The position numbers were made by a program, and so were the translations under genes. From positions 252,240 through 316,239 of the forward strand of contig NMRA01000295.1 in NCBI GenBank assembly GCA_002633005.1: a DNA stretch of 64,000 nt, read 5' to 3'. Below are positions 53,301-61,100 of this stretch, one piece after another (the first letter of the stretch is position 1; each line of letters begins with the position of its first letter). Under the pieces are notes generated by a model. It was given only the letters and a program-made list of their open reading frames with translations. It did no database searches and was not told the origin of the DNA. Source of the DNA: Phoronis australis (taxonomy: Eukaryota; Animalia; Phoronida).

Positions 53301-55594
53301 CTGCCCGAGTTTGAGTCTTAGCATCGAAAAAGTGGATCTGTCTTTAGCAGCACTTAACTCAGGGGAGACCGGGGTCACAGACCCAAGTCTTGAGATGGCA
53401 GACGGAGAGGGTCACGGCCCGTTAATAAGGGAAGAATGGCCGAGGGCCATCCAATGTTAAATAGGTCAACACTTCTATCTAATTCTCAGTCAAAAACAGA
53501 AATATTAATTCTGCTGGGGCTAACTACTCTGTTTCACTCAGGTAGCAACAATCCAGCTATTACATAAACGCCACTAATATTATCAGACACACATATTGTG
53601 TCTCAGAATTTCCATACCATGACACAAATTTATTTTCATATCTAAACAGATCATCCTAGGGACCGGCAAGTAAAGAAACGAGACAGAAAGCCATCAGTTT
53701 TGACAAGATTGGTCAACCCTTCCAAAATTTGATTGCCTCCATATGATAACTAATCTTTAGTCTCCTTTCAATTCATCATGGAAATGTTCTGCTCATAAAG
53801 GACATCTTAACATTTATATATTTCTCCAATCTTTAGTTATAAAGTAGGATTACAAATGAACAGATATAGTGGAAACCCAGCTTAATTAAAATGAAATGGG
53901 CTTTCCCCATGCACGGCTGTGCTAAAAATAGCTGTGAAGTGGTACAAAGGCACTCCCATGTCTACTTTCTTTACTTGGCTGCCCTGACAAACCAAGCGGA
54001 AGTGACTTCACGCCGTGGAAAATCCACATTTTAAAAGCGTCAAACTTTGTATCCTTTTTCCACACAACTCTTTTGTAGCATATCGATTGGTGCATAATTT
54101 AGAGGGGGATGGGGGGGCTCATAAAACCGTACGAAGACAAAAAATAGGACTATTAGAAAAAAGAAATCTTCCTCCAGATTCCAGAAATGTGACCTTAATA
54201 TTCTCTTGTAAAAACAACCTTCCCGCCCCTTGATAGGGCCTATCCTATGTGCCCAAAGACAACAAAATTGGTGATTTACCAGGATCGTCCATTTTGCTTG
54301 GCATGAATTTTTAATCCAGAATAGATTGAATGCAAACGTCCCGCAGTTGAAGTCCATGCAAACTTTTGGAATCAGGATACTGAATATTTCTGGACCTATT
54401 AGTATGAGTTTTATTTCACAAATTGAAATTTCAAGGGCAGTAAACATTTTTGAACTGGGACGTTTAGCACTCCAATCACCGATCCAAAAACAAAGCGGTG
54501 GACTTTGACCACCTGCTTATTAGGCCAATATCAGCTGATTTAAGTCTGAAGCACGACAACGAAATTTTTTTAAAAATCAACAACTTTCCTATGAATCAAC
54601 CAGTTTTGAAAATGAAGCATAATTTTTCTTCAATTCAACTTTTCTCCAATAGATAATATTTTGTTCGATATTATTTAGCTTTACCAAACGGCACACATAC
54701 ATCAGAGTGTTTGTTTAAATTCTTTAAAAATCATTCAGAATACCTACTACAATGCCAAATCCAGGAATACGAGTGCAAACATGCTGTCACTCATATTTTC
54801 AACTGGGTACTTTCGCCTGTGTCAAACACTACTTTGAGACCCTTTCCGTCTTTGCTACTGGAGTACTGCTAAGCTTCGCCAATTACATCAACCTGCATGC
54901 CGCAGGCATACAGGGGCGATAGTACATCCCCACAAAAAGTTACGAATTTCAAACTACAGGAAATAAAATCAAATGAAACATGCATATATGCGCATGAAGT
55001 TATAAACAACTCATACCATAAGTCTGGAAATGAGTTAGTCAATATAACTTGAACAAATCGTTGTTCAAATCTGTCGCGGTTTGCTCGAGTTTCTCTTACC
55101 AGGTGCCATTTTGAGGAAGCGTAAAGTCACGATGTCGGTACTTCCGTAACTCACCGGCAATTTCCGTACCGTCCTTGACCTCGAGCGGCAACCGATGGAC
55201 GTGTGCGGGGGTTTTTTGTGAACATTTTTGTTCTTTGACTGCGAATTTCTTACGAAGTCGTCGGAACAGGACACCGTGAATGACTATTGGGAGGAAGAAC
55301 AATTCTTCATGGTTTGTTGAACCTCTGTTTTGTGTAAATTTATTGAGTTTTATGTTTGCTATGGACGGCTGAAGTGAAGCACCCGTGGAATTTCTGGTCG
55401 GAAGTGTCATACCTTGTAGTATTATATGTAGTGTATTGGGGACGATTAGAAGCTGAGGACGCCTGTGGGCTAAGGCTAAGCCACCTGCTTGGGCCAAGCT
55501 GTTTTTTCGGCAAACAGCAAAGGCTTAATGCTACTGTAAACGCGTTTTATTTACATTAACGACTATTTAAATTAGTTTTGAATACTTACCCCAT
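32171..55594 (-). CDS. Homer: Homer scaffold protein (EVH1 + coiled coil); 9 coding exons, 357 aa
   Basis: Exons 55594-55590, 40816-40660, 39781-39650, 38578-38447 (duplicated at 38122-37991), 37060-36963, 35328-35172, 34529-34410, 33657-33577, 32362-32171; total 1074 nt. [24 protein letters not shown]...[25 protein letters not shown] is the Homer EVH1 domain. Confidence 0.95.
33577..33657 (-). CDS. Homer: Homer exon 8 (coiled coil)
   Basis: [27 protein letters not shown]; caccag acceptor, GTTGGA donor; phase 0-0. Confidence 0.82.
34410..34529 (-). CDS. Homer: Homer exon 7 (coiled coil)
   Basis: [40 protein letters not shown]; phase 0-0. Confidence 0.85.
35172..35328 (-). CDS. Homer: Homer exon 6 (coiled coil)
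   Basis: [52 protein letters not shown]. Confidence 0.95.
35923..35938 (+). promoter_or_regulatory. CTCF consensus motif
   Basis: CCACCAGGTGGCGCTA matches CCASYAGRKGGCRS; binding is not demonstrated. Confidence 0.6.
36963..37060 (-). CDS. Homer: Homer exon 5
   Basis: [33 protein letters not shown]; phase 0-2. Confidence 0.9.
37991..38122 (-). CDS. Homer: Homer exon 4 (copy B, identical; probably a haplotype/assembly duplicate)
   Basis: Identical exon inside the duplicated block 37955-38409 / 38411-38869, which is separated by a single N. Confidence 0.7.
38447..38578 (-). CDS. Homer: Homer exon 4 (copy A)
   Basis: [44 protein letters not shown]; ttgcag acceptor, GTAAGG donor. Confidence 0.85.
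39650..39781 (-). CDS. Homer: Homer exon 3 (EVH1)
   Basis: [44 protein letters not shown]; 132 nt. Confidence 0.97.
40660..40816 (-). CDS. Homer: Homer exon 2 (EVH1 N-terminal half)
   Basis: [52 protein letters not shown]; 157 nt. Confidence 0.97.
42575..42635. repeat. Short tandem repeat (GCATCC(C)A.A. units of 11-12 bp) next to an N
   Basis: ggcatccacat ggcatccacat ggcatcccataat gcatccacac ggcatcccataat. Confidence 0.75.
51754..52644. mobile_element. Non-autonomous hAT-like element with 5-bp TSD
   Basis: TIR CAGGGCTCGAC / GTCGAGCCTTG; ATGAA on both sides; subterminal GCGACCTG/GCGAGCTG repeats. Confidence 0.8.
55590..55594 (-). CDS. Homer: Homer start-codon exon (ATG GG|GTAAGT); exon probably spans 55633-55590 including UTR
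   Basis: ttaaccATGGG|GTAAGT gives M-G in phase 2 with exon 2, as in vertebrate HOMER1/2; upstream polypyrimidine acceptor gtctttatctttcag ends at 55634. Confidence 0.85.
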
Positions 55595-55774
55595 GGTTAA
55601 ACGTTCTTGTCTTTAAATCAGTCCGTAGACTGACTGAAAGATAAAGACAAACACATACACTGTTATCTGGTTATAAACAAATCTGGCAGATGTTATGTGT
55701 GGAATTGTGGATCTTCCGGTTTTCAGGAGTATATAATTAATCAATACAGAAACAGTTTGCGTATTCTCTGGTAN

Positions 55775-56163
55775 ACAAATGGCGTAGTCGGCAAACGGAT
55801 GATCTACCGATGAAGCACTGCCAACTAGTACCCACGGACCTCGGGACAGCGCGCGTGGAAGGTTCCAGGAGTCAAGGACCTGTATGAGAGACGACCTTGT
55901 GTTCACCTGTGTTGTGGTGGTAAAGGTACCAAGGGACGTTGATGACCTGTATGCGAGACATCCTGGTGTTCACCTTCCTGTCGCGTGCCCATTCCGTAGG
56001 AAAGGGGGGAATGTTGTAGATGTGCTTCCGGTGAATTATATGAGCCTCTGTTAGCTACTCGCTAACGGACAATTGCCTATTAGCTGAATGGTTAGCACGC
56101 TTGCCGGTTTTATGGGGGTCGCGGGTTCGATCCCCGGGTCGGGTAATCTCGGCTATTACTACA
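55775..56163 (+). mobile_element. Non-autonomous LTR retrotransposon (TRIM-like) with a tRNA-derived sequence in its LTR (Ajax-like)
   Basis: ACA (end of 5' LTR after the N), aa, then PBS TGGCGTAGTCGGCA at 55780-55793; non-coding interior; PPT AGGAAAGGGGGGAA at 55998-56011; LTR TGTTGTA...TACTACA at 56012-56163 with A box TAGCTGAATGG and B box GGTTCGATCC. Confidence 0.8.
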
Positions 56164-56188
56164 GTAGTAATATTAATAGAGAGAAGGT

Positions 56189-56625
56189 CAAGGTACCTAA
56201 ACTACACGGTTAACGGACTCAAAAACACGGTCGCATGAACACTACTCACATTCCTGCAAACACTGTTCGCTGACTCACAAACACAAGAACGAAATCACAA
56301 AACACGACCCATTCACCCAAATACACGGGACACGGACTCACATTCACGAAGAAAGTGTAGATGTCAGCTGACCCAGGAAGCCGATGAGTCCGTGATCTGT
56401 GTTTATGGCATGCTTTATCGTAGTGAACCGTGTTTGGCGGTCCGTTAACCGTGTTTCTTTGTGAATGTGAGTCCGTGTCCCATGTATTTGGGTGAGTGGA
56501 TCGTGTTTTGTGAGTCCGTTCCCATGTTTGTGAGTCATTGAACGGTGTTTGCAGGTACGTGAGTCATGTTCATGCATTCATAACTGTGTTTATGAGTCCG
56601 TTAACCGTGTAGTTTAGGTAACTTG
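56189..56625. mobile_element. Foldback-type MITE with ~165-bp inverted arms
   Basis: caaggtacctaaactacacggttaacggactca... / ...tgagtccgttaaccgtgtagtttaggtaacttg; AAGGT on both sides. Confidence 0.85.
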
Positions 56626-57161
56626 AAGGTGGGTATCATAATAGTCAGCTACATGGCTCCCTGATTTGATAACCAGTTACTCCCACAGGTGTCCTCAGCT
56701 TTTGATCGTCCTCAATACAAATATAGGATACTACAAGGTATGACAATCTCGACAAGGAATTCATTGGTGCTTCACTTCAGCCGTCCATATCAAACACAAA
56801 ATTCAATAAATTTGCACAAAACAGGGTTTCAACAAACCATTAGCAATTGTTCTTTCTTCTAATACCAAGTACTGCTCCAGTGAGTTCACTACAAATTTGT
56901 GGTCAAAGCACAAAGACGTTCCCAAAAACCCCATGCGTAATTCGTACTTTGACGGTTAGAGGTCAAGGACGGTATGGAATTATCCGATGAGTTGAGAATG
57001 GACGGCAATTGCCGGTTCATGACAGGTTACAAAGTGTGTAATACAGTGTCATACCTTGTAGTATTATAATAGTGTATTGAGGACGTTCAGAAGCTGAGGA
57101 TGCCTGTGGTTACTCACGCTTAGTAACCGGTTCTTAAATCAATTTTATATCGGGGACTCAC

Positions 57162-57800
57162 CTATGTCGGAAGACTTTCAGTGAATTAATTTATGTCCCA
57201 CACTGATTAAACCATAAAAATTATGTTGCTATAAGTACCTTTTACGCATTAGAGGGACACCTTAGCAAGCTGTTTACTCAAGGTAGATAAACAACATCAT
57301 GATACAGTAGCTGATATAATTTATAAAGGAGAAATTATGAAGAATGAAGACAATTTGACCATTGAACATAATTCTTGGCAAAGTAGCTTTTATTGTATAC
57401 ATATCATTGTATAGCCATGGGTTTAGGATTTGATGTCCTGAGTGTTGGTTCGGAGCCACTTCCCAGAAAAGTTCACTTAATACTGAAAGAACTTTGAATG
57501 AATAAGTAAAGTTATCTCACACTCATCAAGTGTTGTTTATGATTCATCTTGGCACTAATTTTGAAAGTTGAGCAGCTGGTTGAAGACCTGTTTTGTGACC
57601 TTGATAAACCATGGATTTTCATCGGTCATAATTTGCCCGTCCCGTGCTATTCCAGCTGTCAGAATACAATAAGATGTCACAGAAAAGAAAACTGCCTTCT
57701 GGGAGCAGCCAGTAAGTTTTTTACTTGATTTGATGATCATTTTTATAATGCTGCATATATTTGGTCGCATATTGCCGCCATCTCTCTCTGGTCATTCCGG
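57162..57800 (-). other. Homer: Probable non-coding first exon (5' UTR) of Homer; upstream boundary approximate
   Basis: Strong donor CATAG|GTGAGT at 57162/57161. The ATG exon has an acceptor, so an upstream exon is required. YY1-like ATGGCGGC at ~57774-57781. Confidence 0.5.
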
Positions 57801-58034
57801 ATTCCACTGCTGTATACAGACATGTGTACGATACGCAAAAAATGCAGATTCGTGTGGAAATCAAGCTTCCAGTACGCATGGCCAGACAAAAATATGCAAA
57901 TTCAGCAAATTCAAAAGAGATTATTAATTCGCTCGTTTCTCAATAAATACAACGATTTGTAGTCGAAACGGACGAGGAAGAAGATTTTAAAGTAGAAATT
58001 AAAAAAATATTGTAAAATCATTATTTTAGCCAAA
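57780..58034. promoter_or_regulatory. Putative bidirectional promoter between Homer (-) and ARNT (+)
   Basis: Divergent first-exon candidates on either side; locally retains CpG. Confidence 0.45.
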
Positions 58035-58120
58035 ATGTTGAGCTACAAACTCGGAAAACTTGCTTCGTTTCATTCTCGAAATAGCCTGATATTCGGCAAA
58101 TCGCAAGGCCTCTTCTATCG
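58035..58120 (+). CDS. ARNT: Candidate ARNT first coding exon ([29 protein letters not shown])
   Basis: caaaATG context, open frame, phase-2 donor CG|GTATGT compatible with the next exon; no recognised homology. An alternative in-frame ATG lies at 59692. Confidence 0.45.
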
Positions 58121-61100
58121 GTATGTGTGTCACGGGCCTAATCTATAATGACTTCTGGGATTTGTGGATTGCTTACTTTGTCTAATTCTGGCTATTTACG
58201 GCTAAATACATATTGTTGACTAAATGGCAAAGCATGAGTGGTCACATATTCCGAGCTGTGAAGAAAGCAGTTTCTGAAAGAAGGGAACATCTGTTTTTGC
58301 CACGTTATTCCAAAGAATGACAATGTCTTATTCCAGGGACCGTGGAATTTTTACTGCAAGTTGTATAGCATGATGTTTTTTGCGGACATGGTGACTGCAC
58401 TGACTTCGAATTTTCGAGCCACAGTGGAGCTTCAAGCATCGAAGTCTTTTCGCATGCAGTACGGTTCACAGACTTGCAATGAATAATTATTCAAAACTTT
58501 TATGTTCATTGAATGGTTTAGAAAATATTGTCTGGTGCAAAAAATTGTCCAGTGCAGATTCATCAACATATTTTTACAGATATGTTTTTGTGTTAAGAAA
58601 TGAGATGTACATTACTCATTAGGCGTGTATTAACATAGTTCAGTAAGGACATTTTCTATTGATTAACGGGATCTTTTCACTAAGCGCATGCATTATCCCT
58701 CAACTACACACCTTAAATTATTTGGAAAATTGGTGATCAATTCTCTACGAGTATTTTAGAAACTGTTTCAGAGGTAAGTAAGTAGGAAAAGTACCCATGC
58801 GCGTACCCAGGGGAGGAGTACCCCATTTGACAAAGTGGGCAAAAAGGTCCTGAGAGAAAACAAAAGTCTGAGAAAACGAGACAAAAGTCCACTAAAGAGG
58901 CAAGAAATCGGGAAAAACTCTGAGCAAACCCGTAGTTATTTTTTTAGTGAGTGAAAGTTCCACTGGGAAAAATTCAAATCCCTTATATTTTACGGTAAAT
59001 TTGTACTCGGAAATCTGAAAATTTACTGAAAAATCTTCAATTCTGGTGTTCTGAGTACTACAATGCAGTTTTGGTGGTACACAGGTCTGTGTATGTCCAA
59101 AACCCCTTGCCGGATGTTAATGAGTTGTGTGTATGTATGAAACTGGTGACAGGTTTAGAACTGATCTGACCCCCGTCTTGCCCCTTAGTGTTTGCCACAA
59201 TATCGTGAGGATGCCGTAATGGATTTTTATGCGCCCACATATTTGTATGTGGACGCATTATGCCGTCATCTCCGTCCGTCCATCCGTTCGTCCGGCATCC
59301 GCTGCTCTGTCTCCAAAACCCCTTGACGTATATTCATGAAATTTTGCACGTGTTCCTTCCGTAGATGGGACGGCATGAGCGAAGTTTTGGACAGATCCGG
59401 CAACTGGTGTGCCTCCTAATGGCAATTTTTTTTCTTTCTGAAGGGGTTATTTGTTTACTTTGTATTGATTTGGCCTAAATCTGAACCATTAATAAATTTA
59501 AGTCAATATATTTGCAGACAGTAGGCAGTCTAAATGTTTCAGACTTGTTATATTATAGTTTTGCGTTGTGTTTTGTGCTCACTTGACCACCAGATGGCAT
59601 TAAGTATTTACCACTCTGTTGTCTCCCTTGTCCTTTATATCATGGTTGTCTCCCCTGATGCAGGTCAGACGATGAGGATAGCCAGAATGGGATGTATGGT
59701 GGACCACAAGACATCAGTGATAAGGAGAAATATGCCAGGTAATAGCTTCCCTTGTTTCTATGCTAGGTGTGGTCTGCTATAGAACTCTAGGTGGTGAGAG
59801 TTTTTTTTTACAGCCTTTTTCTGTGTTAGAATGATGAATCAGTCTTCTCTTCATGAAAAGGATACTGTAATTCTGTTTTGATGATTTCAACCAATCCTTG
59901 TTCTGGAATCACTGGCATCAATCTTCCTAGTTAAAGACAGAATCAACTAAAAACCCTTACTCCCCGTGTCGCTGGCTGGACTTTATGGTCCTTGGTGGAT
60001 GGTCTTTCGCACAGTTTCCGTGTAATTCGTTGAAAGCGTTGGTCACACTTTGCTGTTTACCTGACTTCTGAAGGAGTTTTCAAATGTTCCTTTTAAACTT
60101 TTGAGAATTGTCGAGGGTTACAGAGTTAGAGCTTTTACTTTGTTTGAGAACTGGATGGGAAATTTGTTTTAAGTGTCTGTTTATAGGCCAAAACTGGGTT
60201 TGGTATCCTTTTAAAAAATGAAGTATTCTACATTCATAGAGTATCATTGGGACATTCCCATTGGTCGGAAGTTGAGAATTTGTGACTTGTTGCTGGCGCA
60301 ACAACGAAAGACAAAATCAATGCCATTCCTCGAAAGTTCTTGTTATGTGACTCATTCAAGGTTTCAAGATGTCAACTAAAGCAACAAATGACATCAGACC
60401 ACCTGCACTGTTTTTTTTTTTTTTTTTTTTTTAAAGCAACAGAACAATTCACTACGTCTAGGCTGTTTGTTTACGTCAGACTTCCAAGTCAAGGCTTGCC
60501 CTGTTATGCCAACGCTCAGAATTCGGCAAATCAAAGCATAATCCTTCCATAGATGGTGCTGTTTCTCAACAGTTCTTGTCTTGTGACTTTGAATTCAGTG
60601 CTGTGTTATTCCTCAATAGGGTTGGGTAGTAGTATGTGAAAATTTCTGAGGCTAAGGCTGGTATTGCCATTTTGATACCGTACCGACACTGGTTAGATAC
60701 AGTGGAGCTCGCTTAACGCCATAGCCTCGGTTTTGACATAATTTTGGCGATAAAGTGCCCGAGATTCCATCGTGCGCGTTCAAACTTGTGGACGATCGTA
60801 ACTAGACTTATAAGCTGCTCATGGAAAGTGGAGCAGAGCGAGATGATTACCAAATTGTTTTTTTCAGACAAGTTTACTTGTGAATGTCTGACAGTTGGAT
60901 CCTTCCCAAGGGCTGGCTGCTATCTATATATCTAGTTACCACCTGTGTGTGGTTATTCATTAGATAAGTCACTTAACTCTTCTGCTGTTGTACATCATCT
61001 TTTCTGGGATTCTGAGAATAAGACGGTTAAACAGGAGTTTCTCCTTCGTGCCAGATTTCCATGATACAAATAAATTGATAGTGTGTTCTTTTATACAGAT

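Larger units (their letters stand above)
55148..56993. repeat. Diverged ~320-bp inverted repeat (arms 55148-55469 and 56682-56993); partial third copy at 57045-57109
   Basis: Perfect complementary blocks of 24 bp (tatggacggctgaagtgaagcacc), 18 bp (tgtcataccttgtagtat) and 14 bp (ccgtccttgacctc) in collinear order. Confidence 0.85.

Noticed and set aside
56073-56146. Functional tRNA gene
   Set aside because: Anticodon arm and acceptor stem are imperfect, and the sequence lies inside a PPT-preceded LTR.
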